DNA from: Macrostomum hystrix
Lineage: Eukaryota; Animalia; Platyhelminthes
Direction of reading: 5' to 3'
DNA length: 64,000 nt
NCBI GenBank assembly: GCA_950097015.1
Contig: CATNEN010000038.1
Span: forward strand, 8,928,001 to 8,992,000
Shown here: one piece after another, positions 36,273-48,200 of the stretch
Layout of the letters: the number at the start of each line of letters is the position of its first letter
Position numbering within the stretch: the stretch's first letter is position 1
Translations under genes and position numbers: made by a program
Notes under the pieces: generated by a model
Databases searched by the model: none
What the model saw: only the letters and a program-made list of their open reading frames with translations
Told to the model about the DNA's origin: nothing

Positions 36273-39200
36273 ATGAGTCACATTATAAACGCAACATCGA
36301 CGTTAACGATAGTACAAATGTCTTTTGAGTCGCTGATTTGCCTGCTGACAGTGTCAGGCAACCTGCTCACTGTTCTAGCAGCTCTGATTTATCCGAGTCT
36401 CAGGAAGCCAACAAACTACCTCATCATCAACTTGGCGTTGGTAGACTTCTTCGTTGGCATATTCGCCATACCATTTTCCGCCGTGGCCGAGAGCGGCCAT
36501 CCGAAGAATAATTTCTACGGCTGCCTAGTCATCAACTGTGTCATTGTGACATTCACGCAGGTCAGCTTCATCAACTTGCTGGCTATCGCGCTGGAAATCC
36601 TGGTTGCCGTCAAGTATCCGCTGCGCTATAGATCGCTCTACACTCGCAGAAATGTCTCAGTGATGTGCGTCATTCTCTGGCTAGTTGGAGCTGTCCTAGG
36701 ATTTATTCCCCTCATGGGCTGGAATCGAGGTAAATATGAAGAAGGAAACTGCTCGTTTGAGAACGTCATCGACCTGAAATACTGGGTCTACGTTGTATTT
36801 TTTGGCTGGTCAGCTTGGATCTTTGCTGTGGTGTTTTCAATCTACGCAGCGGTGTTCTGCCTCATTCAGAAGCAGCTGGGATACAGGCGACACCGTGGCG
36901 GCGCGGGCCTTGGTGGCAGCGGTGGCATTTGCTCCAGCGGCAGGCGACACGTTCTTCAGAAGCAGCGAAGAAGCAGCGTTGGTATCTCCATGGCCACTAT
37001 CAAAGCAGCCAAGAGAATGTCTGTTATTGTATTCGCGTTTACTTTGACGTGGATCCCTTTAAATATCTACAATGTGTTAACGGTAAGGACTGAATTGTGC
37101 TTCCTTTAATTACGAGTTTAATTGTACTTTAATTGAATTGATGCTGCATTTAGCTTTTGTCAATCTAAATGATAATTTTGACATTCAAAAGGATAATGGC
37201 TATGGATTTAACTTAAGTAAACCTCGCCGCTAGAGAACATAGACGTTTGGACAACCAAAACGAGAAAGGGGCATTCAAAACGAGAATGAATTCCGGCACT
37301 TAGAAGAAAATTCACCCTTTCGACCATAGACTAGAGACAACCAAAGTGATAAAGCTCGGAAGGGAAAGCTGAAAAACTCCCTTGCCTTGCTCTCCGCCTG
37401 TTTGGTTTGCTCTCGCTTCTTTCTTTGCTATTTCTTGTTGCTGTTTTCAAATGCCCCCACCAATATCCTCAGTCGGCAGGCAACGCTTGGTGTCTGCTAT
37501 AGAGCAGGGGGCAACACTAAAAGCCGACGCAGGAAGGAAGGGTTTAGGCCAGGGGTCGGCAGACTTATTAGCTAGCGGGCCAAAAAGAGAACCTAAAAGA
37601 CGACAGCGGGCCGCGCAGACTGTAGAAATCTAAGAGAAATATATCAGAGATAGGGGAGAGATGAGAGAGAGAGAAGAGATGAGACACGAAAGATGAGACA
37701 AAGGAGAGATAAGGTACGGGAGAGACGAGACAATGGCGAGATGAGACACTGGATAGATGAGACACGGGAGAGACGAGACATGGGAGAGATGACATACGGG
37801 AGAGATGAGACATAGGAGAGATGACATACGGGAGAGACGAGACATGGGAGAGATGACATACGGGAGAGATGAGACACGGGAGAGATGAGAAACAGGAGAG
37901 ATGAGAGAGAGAAGAGATGAGACACGAGAGAGATGAGACAAAGGAGAGATAAGGTACGGGAGAGACAAGACATGGAGAGATGACATACGGGAGAGATGAG
38001 ACACGGGAGAGATAAGACACAGGAGAGGTGAGACAAAGGAGAGACAAGACACGGGAGAGATGAGACTCGTAGGTGTCGGGAGGGGCAACGGGCCGGATTT
38101 GGGAGCTTTGAGGGCCGCATCTGGCCCGCGGGCCGGAGTTTGCCGACCCCTGGTTTAGGCGTTACCAAGAGGTGATAAAAAAGAGACATGCAAAAATGAT
38201 TTTACATATACTGTAAATAAAAAAGACCACAGACATAATCGTTTTGAACGTCCTAATTATCATTTAGATTAACAATAGCGATAGTACAACGAAGTTCAAA
38301 GTTTTATTTAAAATAATGGACGTGCAGGTGCATATACCAACATATTTTTCTAAGGTTACGTCAATTTTCAGTTTCTGAATAATTTGCAATTTCTGAAGCA
38401 TTTACATATAACAAAATCAGCTAAGACTTTCGTTTTTGACACTTAAGCATAAGCTTTTTTAATTCACATTTTTATGTATATTTTTATACCTTCGTCGGCC
38501 TTTGCAAAACCTTCTGACGACCAAAGGATTGATAATATTAGCTGCAGTGTCTAAACGCATACACTCAGCCACATTGAAAAGTTTCCACCCTATCGCGCGA
38601 AGGGGCAACGTTTTGGTCTGTGGAGATATTCGTGGTTTGAGCCATAGACAAATATATAATCCGGAATCGACCGAAGCAAAGGAACAGCAAAGAAACAAAG
38701 TACGCGAGCATGGGTGACAACTCGCCCAGAACAGGGTCAGTAACGCGTATAGCAGCCACGTGAGTGCAGCAGAGCGCTCACTCTCCGGGGCATCCCCAGA
38801 ACCAGGCGTCGCAGAAAATCTTGCGGTAGTTGTTGCCATGCAGTAGACAGTGATTCGCGCAGTTGGGCAACATTTTGCGGCGGATTGTCGCGCCGAATCG
38901 AGCGCTTCAGGTAATCCCAAACGTGCTCTATGGGATTCATGTCCGGTGATCGGGACGGCCAGCGCAAGGTTCGCAGGTGCAGCAGCTCCTTCAGATGCGC
39001 CACAGCGGCTGCGCGATGCGGTGGGGCGTTGTCGTCTTGGAGGACGCAGTTCCCCACGCCACCACATGAAGCATCAATGAAGGGCAGCAGGCGCGTCTGT
39101 AGAAGGTTGGCGTACGACTCGGCAGTCACAGTCGCATCCAGGAACACGAGCTCCGTCTTCGCGTGCATTGTGATGCCTGCCCACACGTGAATAGAAGCTG

Positions 39201-40401
39201 ACTGGCTCTCAGAGTTTTGCACGTGCTGCGGCAGCATCTCCTGGCGCGGCTGGCGCCACACGCGAATGCGGCCGTCGGCACGGAACAATCGAAAGCGGCT
39301 CTCATCTGTGAAAATCACTCGCCGCCACTGCTGCTGCCTCCAGTGGACCCTTTGCATTGCCCATTGTTCCCGGCTGGCCACATGGGTTGGGGTCAGGCGT
39401 GACCGTTTGCGCATCTTACGGGATCGCAGCCCCGACTCCCGCAATCGTCGTCGGATGGTTTGGGCGCTCAGGACATTCCCTCGCCTGCTTCTTTCAGCCC
39501 ACATCAGCCGTAGCAGGGTGGCTGGCAATGTGGGGCTTCCCTTTACCATTCGCAGCAATCGCCGGTCCGCCCTCCTAGTTGTACTGCACATATTGAGCCG
39601 CAGGCCGCGCGTGGCGTGCGCCACGCTGCCCGTTTCTCTGCACTTGATCTGCAGTTTGCGGATTGCTGTGTGTGACCGCCCAATTTGGCGAGCAACAGCT
39701 CGGATGGACATCCCAGCGTCCAGCATGCCAATGGCGCGCGCTCGTTCCAGGTCGGTCATTTGGCGAACCATTGCGTTCGGTTGCGAACGTGGATTTTAGA
39801 CTCCTGTAAGATGCTGCTGTCTGCTCCATGTGACTGTTTCCTTCGACTTGTCTGGCGTCTATGACCCAAGTTTTTGAATTCTATGGCCCAAGTGCGTGTT
39901 GACGAAATCATCAATCGTCTATGGCACAAGTCTGGCGACAAAAACCAGTTTTGAAACTCTAAATATACAACTTGCGCGAGGGTGGAAACTTTTCAATGTT
40001 GCTGAGTGTATATTTTTAATGCTTTCTGAGTGTTCAATATTCCTATTTTAACTTTCATGCAGGTGATGTGCGAAAGCTGCCATAGCCCGAAGTACGTGGT
40101 CACAGTGTTCATTCTGCTGACACACGCGAACAGCGCGGTGAACCCATTCGTGTACGCGCTATCGCACCCTCAATTTCGCGTCGCCTACGCCTCTCTGCTC
40201 TGCTGCAGGCGAGCTAGGCCCGAGTTCTTCGACGCCAGCAACGATGGCAGTCGTGGCACGGCGGGCGGCCCGGTACGCGTCAATAAGACGGCTGCCGCTG
40301 TCCAAGCTGCCGCCACTGTCGGCATTGCCACAGTGCCGCAGCCTGAATTGCCTGAATACGGCGACGAAATCAGGCCGGACGAGTTGATGACCAGACTGTG
40401 A
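36273..40401 (+). CDS. Class A GPCR, adenosine-receptor-like
   Basis: Exons 36273-37082 and 40063-40401. GNLL (TM1), TNYLIINLALVDFFVG..AIPF (TM2), TQVSFINLLAIA (TM3), GFIPLMGWN, CSFENVI..YWVY (adenosine receptor ECL2), WIPLNIYN (TM6), LTHANSAVNPFVYA (TM7). Confidence 0.88.
37153..38279. mobile_element. Old TIR element with about 53-bp imperfect inverted ends, interrupted by a hAT MITE
   Basis: GCTTTTGTCAATCTAAATGATAATTTTGACATTCAAAAGGATAATG is mirrored by CATAATCGTTTTGAACGTCCTAATTATCATTTAGATTAACAATAGC. Confidence 0.6.
37550..38152. mobile_element. Non-autonomous hAT (Charlie-like) element carrying an internal GA-rich minisatellite
   Basis: TIRs CAGGGGTCGGCA / TGCCGACCCCTG, subterminal GCGGGCC motifs, and a perfect 8-bp TSD GTTTAGGC (37542-37549 and 38153-38160). 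Confidence 0.9.
38562..40008 (-). mobile_element. Full-length Tc1-family DNA transposon (1447 bp)
   Basis: 30-bp TIRs CACTCAGC(C/A)ACATTGAAAAGTTTCCACCCT with 1 mismatch; TA TSD at 38560-38561 and 40009-40010; intact transposase inside. Confidence 0.95.
38737..39771 (-). CDS. Tc1 transposase, DD34E, 344 aa, uninterrupted
   Basis: N-terminal HTH (SIRAVARQIGRSHTAIRK), VIFTDESRF, LQDDNAPPH, WPSRSPDMNPIEHVW; 34 residues between the second D and the E. Confidence 0.95.
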   Translation of the reverse strand: MVRQMTDLERARAIGMLDAGMSIRAVARQIGRSHTAIRKLQIKCRETGSVAHATRGLRLNMCSTTRRADRRLLRMVKGSPTLPATLLRLMWAERSRRGNVLSAQTIRRRLRESGLRSRKMRKRSRLTPTHVASREQWAMQRVHWRQQQWRRVIFTDESRFRLFRADGRIRVWRQPRQEMLPQHVQNSESQSASIHVWAGITMHAKTELVFLDATVTAESYANLLQTRLLPFIDASCGGVGNCVLQDDNAPPHRAAAVAHLKELLHLRTLRWPSRSPDMNPIEHVWDYLKRSIRRDNPPQNVAQLRESLSTAWQQLPQDFLRRLVLGMPRRVSALLHSRGCYTRY

Positions 40402-41177
40402 ATTAAAGCCCCTATGAAAATATAGCTGCACCCGCTGTCCGACAACATGGCGCCCTATCTTCTCGACATGGAGTCTCGTCAAGGACAAATCAGAGCTTTC
40501 ACATCCGAAGTTGATCAACCGCCTCGATGGTCTTTGGACACGTTTCCAACACCGTATTAGAACGAAAAACGGTCGAGCTATAGCTTGCTTACGTAACTGC
40601 CAAACGTGTGGGTCAATCTGCACACTTACTCGTATTACCGAGATTAAAGCGATATTAAATCCTATAATATAAGCGATATCCATGTTAGTGTGTCTAATGT
40701 TATATATATCAAATCCTTTTTGCACAAGTGACGCTATATTTTAAAGTAATTATTGAGTTCCATTACTCAATAATGTACGCTCCAAATAACTATCAGTTTT
40801 GAGTTGCTATGCAATACCCCAACCAATTGCGTACACATGTGTACTCACTTTGTGTATCAGAACGTTAATGCCACGTTCAGCATGATACAGTGAGACACCA
40901 GCCTTATCTAGTACGATACGGTTTATCAAAGCGCAACTTAGAAATCTGAAACATTTCATGTGTTTGTCAGCTCAGATTGAGAACAGCGGCTTTGTCAAGC
41001 TGTTATTAATTTATCATCGAAATAATTAAAAGAGCTGTGAAATTCCTGCGTCGCAATCTGATCAGCTCAACCTGTACTAAATGGCTGAGAAACCATATGG
41101 CACTTTCTCTGGTGAGTTGTTGTCGTCAAGTTCGCTCCACAGGGGCGTAGCCACGAGCCCAATAAAATGACTGGCGC

Positions 41178-41610
41178 CCCAAATCCTCGCTGACGCTCCC
41201 AAATCCTTTCTGGCACTCTCAAATCCTTTTTTGACTATCCCAAATCCTTTCTAGCGCTCCTAAATCCTTTCTGGCACTCTCAAATATTTTCTGGCGCTCC
41301 AAAATCCTTTCTGGCACTCTCAAATATTTTCTGGCGCTCCAAAATCCTTTCTGGCACTCCCAAATCCTTTCTGGCACTCCCAAATCCTTTCTGGCACTCC
41401 CAAATCCTTTCTGGCACTCCCAAATCCTTTCTGGCACTCCCAAATCCTTTCTGGCACTCCCAAATCCTTTCTGGCACTCCCAAATCCTTTCTGGCACTCC
41501 CAAATCCTTTCTGGCACTCCCAAATCCTTTCTGGCACTCCCAAATCCTTTCTGGCACTCCCAAAATCCTTTCTGGCGCCTACAAATCATTTTTTACGATC
41601 CCAAATATTT
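41178..41610. repeat. 20-bp minisatellite (CAAATCCTTTCTGGCACTCC)
   Basis: About 20 tandem copies. Confidence 0.95.
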
Positions 41611-42208
41611 TGACGATTCTGAGTTCTTGATGGCGTTCTTAAATCCTCGGTTGAGCTGTTGGCTCAATTTGGCTATGCATGTGCTGCCTCGAGGTTTATT
41701 TGTTCAGCTCCGAGCACTAACCAAGGAGAAAAATTAATGTTGCAAGCGTGAAAGTTAACACCTGACTGCTAGCTGAATGATCGAGTTCTCAGCGCCTATT
41801 ATTATTCCCAAAGGTCATTCGTACCTTACCTATAGGATTATAGGAGCTTAAAGTACTAATTTCGCAGTGATTGTATAGCTGACACTCGTGCACGACGGCA
41901 TTCGATCTGCTTTCTCTGAGGGAATGGCGGCGTGGCCGTTAGTATGGATAGAGACTAGCATTTCATATCGACACGTTGATAACTGCGTGGGCGCCCAGAC
42001 TAATATTTGAAGTTTTGCTAGCAGGCAGTGGCATTGGGAGGCGAGCATGTACGGTTTCTAGTTTGTCCTAGCATTGATTCGACTCGTGATGCATTCTATC
42101 ATTTTACCTTTGTATGCAATTATTTTAAGACTAATTTTATGCATTTGAATTTTTTACAATGTCCTACATCTTGGCTTCATCGCACAAGCAGTATCAAGCC
42201 AAAGCCAG

Positions 42209-45200
42209 TCGGAGATTGCAGCGTCCGCGTCATTGAATGGTCAAGCACAGCAGAACGGCCGACGGCAATGGCTTGTTAATGCGATTAGCCGTAATCTGCT
42301 GCTGCTGCTGCTGCTGGCTGCCATCGTTCTCGGCGCCATCCTCGGACTAAGCCTTCGGGGCGCTCTGGCACCTTCTGATGAGGCCGCAATTCGCTACCTG
42401 GCCTTCCCTGGCGAGCTGCTCATGCGGATGCTTAAGATGCTCATCCTGCCGCTGATTGTGGCTTCACTGGTGACGGCAATGTGTGGCCTGGATTCTGGCG
42501 CCACCGGCAAACTGGGGGCTCGCGCCCTGGTGTACTATCTGGTTACCACGCTGGTTGCTATGGCAATCGGTATGGTGCTGGTCTATGCTATTCAGCCAGG
42601 AGCAGCCGCTGCTGGTTCCATCGGGCCTCCGCCAACTGACGGAGGAGCCGTTACCGCGGGCGGCGGCGCAGCTTCAGCGATAGATCCTCTGCTGGACCTC
42701 ATCAGGTGGGTCTTGTCACTATAATTTCCAAGTTCGGACGGACACAATGCGCACACCATGGAGCTATTTTTTTCAAAGCCATGGCTTGCGTGGAGACAAG
42801 GAATAGACAAGGAGTAGACATAGGGTGGACAGGGAGTGGACAGAGAGTAGACAATGAGTGAGTAAACAAAGGAGTAAACAAAACAGGGAGTAGACTGGGA
42901 GTAGACAGGGGGTAGACAAGGGGTAGATAGGGAGTGCACAGGAGTGGACAAGAAGTAGACAGGGAGTGCATAAGGAGTAGACAGGGGTAGACAAGGAGTA
43001 GACAGGGAGTAGACAGGTGGTAGACAAGGAGTAGACAGGGGTAGACAAGGAGTAGACAAGGAGTAGACTAGGGTAGTCAAGGAGTTGACAGGGAGTAGAC
43101 AGGGAGTGGACAGGATTGGGAATTTATAGTGCAATCATTTGGTAGCGAGAAAAAGGCCCATTTAAAACTTTAATATAGAATTTAGCGCTGACAGTTAAAA
43201 AGTGCACAATGGTCAGACAATGCGACATCAGTTTGTGCGATTCAAAGCCATAATGCATATTTATAATGTACTGGAGAACAATTTGTAATAAAATTGATTT
43301 TTTGCAGAAATATGTTTCCGGAGAACCTGATCGAGGCCTGCTTCCGTTCGGTAAATGGCTGGCAGTCAAAACACAATCCAAGTCCGCCGTGGCTCTGATA
43401 CACATTTTATATGAACCCATTCTATGAGTTGCACATCTAGGCACTTATTTGATTATTTGATTTGCTTTAAACGGCCAGGCTAAAAGCCGTTTAGAAGGGC
43501 CAAGCTAAGTGCCATATTGGCATATTGGCATATTCTGCTTTCAGCTAACAGTGAGATCATGACCTAGGAGGCTGTCTTCTGCTGGGAAATAGAAATTGCA
43601 ACTTGGAAAGATAGGCAAGGAGTAGACAGGGGTAGACAAACGGTGGACAGGGAGTACACAAGGAGTACACAAGGAGTAGACAAGGAGTAGACAAGGAGTA
43701 GACAGGGAGTAGACAGGGATTAAACAAGGAGTAGACAAGGAGTAGACATGGAGTAGACATGGAGTAGACATGGAGTAGACATGGAGTAGACAAGGAGTAG
43801 ACATGGAGTAGACAAGGAGTAGGAAGGAAGGGGAGTAGACAAGGAGTAGACAGGGAGTAGACAAGGAGTAGGAAGGAAGGGGAGTAGACAAGGAGTAGGA
43901 AGGAAGGGGAGTAGACAAGGAGTAGACAGGGAGTAGACAAGGAGTAGGAAGGAAGGGGAGTAGACAAGGAGTAGACAGGGAGTAGACAAGGAGTAGACAA
44001 GGAGTAGACAGGGAGTAGACAGGGATTAGACAAGGAGTAGACAGGGAGTAGACAAGGAGTAGACATGGAGTAGACAAGGAGTAGACAAGGAGTAGGAAGG
44101 AAGTGGAGTAGACAGGGAGTAGACAGGGAGTAGACAAGGAGTAGACATGGAGTAGACAAGGAGTAGACATGGAGTAGACAAGGAGTAGACAAGGAGTAGG
44201 AAGGAAGGGGAGTAGACAGGGAGTATACAGGGAGTAGACAAGGAGTAGAAAGGGAGTAGACGGGGAGTAGACGGGGAGTAGACAGGGAGTAGACAAGGAG
44301 TAGACAAGGAGTAGAAATGGAGTAGACAAGGAGTAGACAAGGAGTAGACAAGGAGTAGAAGTTTGGAGCAAAGCCATATTCAAAAGTAGACTCCAGCGCT
44401 GATGCATTCAAAAGCATCTAGTCTCTGACTCATTTAAAGTGCGTACACCCTTAACGCACAGCTGCTTGCAAGCCATCAACCTGCCCTTTCGACCAACAAG
44501 TGCCGTTCCGAGAGTTCTAGACCCATTAAACCCATCTCCCTGGAGACTGAGGCCCAGAGTGTAACAGTAGCCCCCCTCGAGCTGCTAACCGAGCTTAATG
44601 ACTCGGTTGGACGAGCTCAGATGCCAGAGTAAAGCATAAAATTCCTGATATTTTTGGGCCTCTTTTTCAGAAAAATAGCCTTCTTTCACGAGGAAATTCT
44701 ACGGCATATAGTACCATGATTTCCTATTCATTTCATTAACCCTTCATCAATTATTTATCGGCCCATCTCCCTTCATCTCAGTCCCTCTCTCCCTTCATCT
44801 CAGTTCATCTCCCTTCATCTCAGTCCCTCTCTCCCTTCATCTCAGTCCCTCTCTCCCTTCATCTCAGTCCCTCTCTCCCTTCATCTCAGTCCCTCTCTCC
44901 CTTCATCTCCGTCCCTCTCTCCCTTCATCTCAGTCCCTCTCTCCCTTCATTTCAGTCCCTCTATCCCTTCATCTCAGTCTTTCTCTCCCTTCATCTCAGT
45001 TCATCTCTCTTCATCTCAGTTCATCTCCCTTCATCTCAGTTCATCTCCCTTCGTCTCAGTTCATCTCCCTTCATCTCAGTTCATCTCCCTTCATCTCAGT
45101 TCATCTCTCCCTTCATCTCAGTCCCTCTCTCCCTTTATCTCAGTTCCTCTCTCCCTTCATCTCAGTCCCTCTCTCCCTTCATCTCAGTCCCTCTCTCCCT

Positions 45201-48200
45201 TCATCTCAGTCCCTCTATCCCTTCATCTCAGTCCCTCTCTCCCTTCATCTCAGTCCCTCTCTCACTTCATCTCAGTTCATCTCTCTTCATCTCAGTTCAT
45301 CCCCCCTCGTCTCAGTTCATCTCCCTTCGTCTCAGTTCATCTCCCTTCATCTCAGTTTATCTCTCCCTTCATCTCAGCCCCTCTCTCCCTTCGTCTCAGT
45401 TCATCTCCCTTCATCTCAGTTCATCTCCCTTCATCTCAGTTCATCTCTCCCTTCATCTCAGTTCATCTCTCCCTTCATCTCAGTTCATCTCTCCCTTCAT
45501 CTCAGTTCATCTCTCCCTTTATCTCTGTCTTTCTCTCCCTTCATCTCAGTCCCTCTCTCACTTCATCTCAGTCCCTCTATCCCTTCATCTCAGTCCCTCT
45601 CTCCCTTTATCTCAGTCTTTCTCTCCCTTCATCTCAGTTCATCCCCCCTCGTCTCAGTTCATCTCCCTTCGTCTCAGTTCATCTCCCTTCATCTCAGTTT
45701 ATCTCTCCCTTCATCTCAGCCCCTCTCTCCCTTCGTCTCAGTTCATCTCCCTTCATCTCAGTTCATCTCCCTTCATCTCAGTCCATCTCACTTCATCTCA
45801 GTTTATCTCCCTTTATCTCAGTCTATCTCCCTTCATCTCAGTTCATCTCCCTTCATCTCAGTCCCTCTCTCACTTCATCTCAGTCCATTTCCCTTCATTT
45901 CAGTCCATCTCACTTCATCACAGTTCATCTCCCTTCATCTCAGTTTGTCCCACTTCATCTCAACTCTTAACACGTCTGAACTTCGACGCATAAATTTTCG
46001 ACTTCCAGACTCAAACGCAGGTAGTTAGCCTCAACGTCAACGGAACAGGTCAGATTTTTTGTCACTTGTGGATCATTTTGAAATCCTCAGTTTATAATTA
46101 AATTTTAGATTCCCTATTAAACAACTTCCAGCGACTGTGAAGTCCATTGTAGCGAAAGTTGACGGCTCTATGAATGTGCTTGGTCTGGTAGTCTATTCCA
46201 TTGTGCTAGGCGCCATTTTGGTGAGGCTGGGACCCGGCGGGGAGCCGGTAGCCAAGTTCATGCAGAGCCTTCAGGATGCCACCATGACGATGATAAACCT
46301 GGCAATCTGGTATGACTGACAACATGGAAACTGCGGATCCATAGTGGGATCTCATCCCATAGTGGGATCTCATCCCATAGTGGGATCTCATCCGATAGTG
46401 GGATCTCATCCCATAGTGGAATCTCATCCCATAGTGGGATCTCATCCCATAGTGGGATCTCATCCCATAGTGGGATCTCATCCCATAGTGGGATCTCATC
46501 CCATAGTGGGATCTCATCCCATAGTGGGATCTCATCCCATAGTGGGATCTCATCCCATAGTGGCATCTCATCCCACATTGGGATCTCATCCCACAGTGGG
46601 ATCTCATCCCATAGTGGGATCTCATCCCATAGTTGGATCTCATCCCATAGTGGGATCACATAGGATCTCACAATGTTATTTTATGATCCCATGCCCAGAT
46701 CACTCCTCAACTCTCTGGCGAGTTCTAATTCCATCTTAAATTTAAATCCCAGGTATTCCCCGGTGGGAATTCTCAGCCTGGTGGCAGCCGAGCTAGTCAA
46801 GATGCCGGATCCGGTAGAGTCGCTGCGTCAGCTCGGCCTTTACCTGGCCACGGTGCTGGCTGGTCTAGCAATCCACGGCCTGTTGGTGCTGCCTTTGGTG
46901 TACCTGGCTGTGACCAGGCGGAATCCGTATAGATTTCTGGCCGGGACCTCTCAAGCCATGGCCACCGCGTTCGGGACCAGTTCAAGGTAATTCGCCTATC
47001 AGAATGTTGAAACTTCAGGAAATAAAAAATTCTAGGAAATAGGAAATTCTAGGAAAACATTTAGAAACCTAAATTCCTAAAAAAATGAAAGAAATAAATA
47101 TTTCCAGGAAATCGATTACTGCAAGGGAAAAATCCTAGAAATATAAATTCCAGATAATAGTGAATTCCAAATTTATAAAATTCTAGGAAATCTACAAGAC
47201 TAGAAAATCGGAAATTTTAGGATATCGAGAATTTATGAAAATACGACATTTTGGAAAGTCTGATATTCCAAAAAGTACAAATTTCAGATTTCAGAAATTC
47301 TCAATAAATTAAGGAAACAGGGGATTTTAGAAAATATACTAAAAGTTCCGAAACCGGTGCATGTTGAACAAAAATGAAACTTAGTTACCCATTTACAAAA
47401 GGAGAAATATCTGATTTTTAATTATGAAAATTCCGTCTGTCAATGACATTTCGACTCGAACTCCATGCAGCTCTGCCACGCTACCTATCACGTACAAGTG
47501 CCTGGAAGAGACAAATCGAATCGATATGCGAGTTACTCGATTCATTCTTCCAATCGGCGCCACGGTCAACATGAACGGTGAGAGGCGGTCGGTGGCAGAG
47601 CGGTTAACGCGTTTGCCTCTCGCGCCAAGGACCCTGAGCTCGATTGCGTGGCGAGGCCACATTCATTTGGGGCGCAGCAGCGGAGAGAAGGCTTGGGGGC
47701 TTGTCGTGCAATTTACACCCTTGAGGGCAAACCTTCAAGGCGCAGTGAGAGTGTACACTGCCTGACGATGAGAAAGTCAGGGCAGATGTACACACCTGTG
47801 CGAGCGTGTGCCTGCGTGCGGTTTCAGTGTGTGCGTGCTCAGGAGTCAGCGGAATGGGTCTAGTGTCAAAAAATGATGTGCCATCGTTCACAGTCCTCCC
47901 ACAAATGTTATTTTTATTATTAATCTATCGGACTATCCCCTCAACCTCCTCTCCTCTGAAGGAGGAGTTCAGCTAGTATTTTTTATTTCTAAGAATGCAT
48001 TGCAAACAGTTTCTACAAACTGTTTTAGGCACAGCTCTCTATGAGGCCGTGGCGCCAATTTTCATTGCCCAACTGAACGGAATCAGTCTGGACTTTGGCC
48101 AGCTTATTGCCATCGCGTGAGTTCATTGTGAATTTTGCAAGTGATAATCACGTGACAATTTCCTCAGATCTTCTGGTCGAATTGCTATAGCCTTCAAGCC

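Noticed and set aside
41140-41683. hAT element enclosing the 20-bp array (CAGGGGCGTAGCC left end)
   Set aside because: The right end is too degenerate and I found no target-site duplication.
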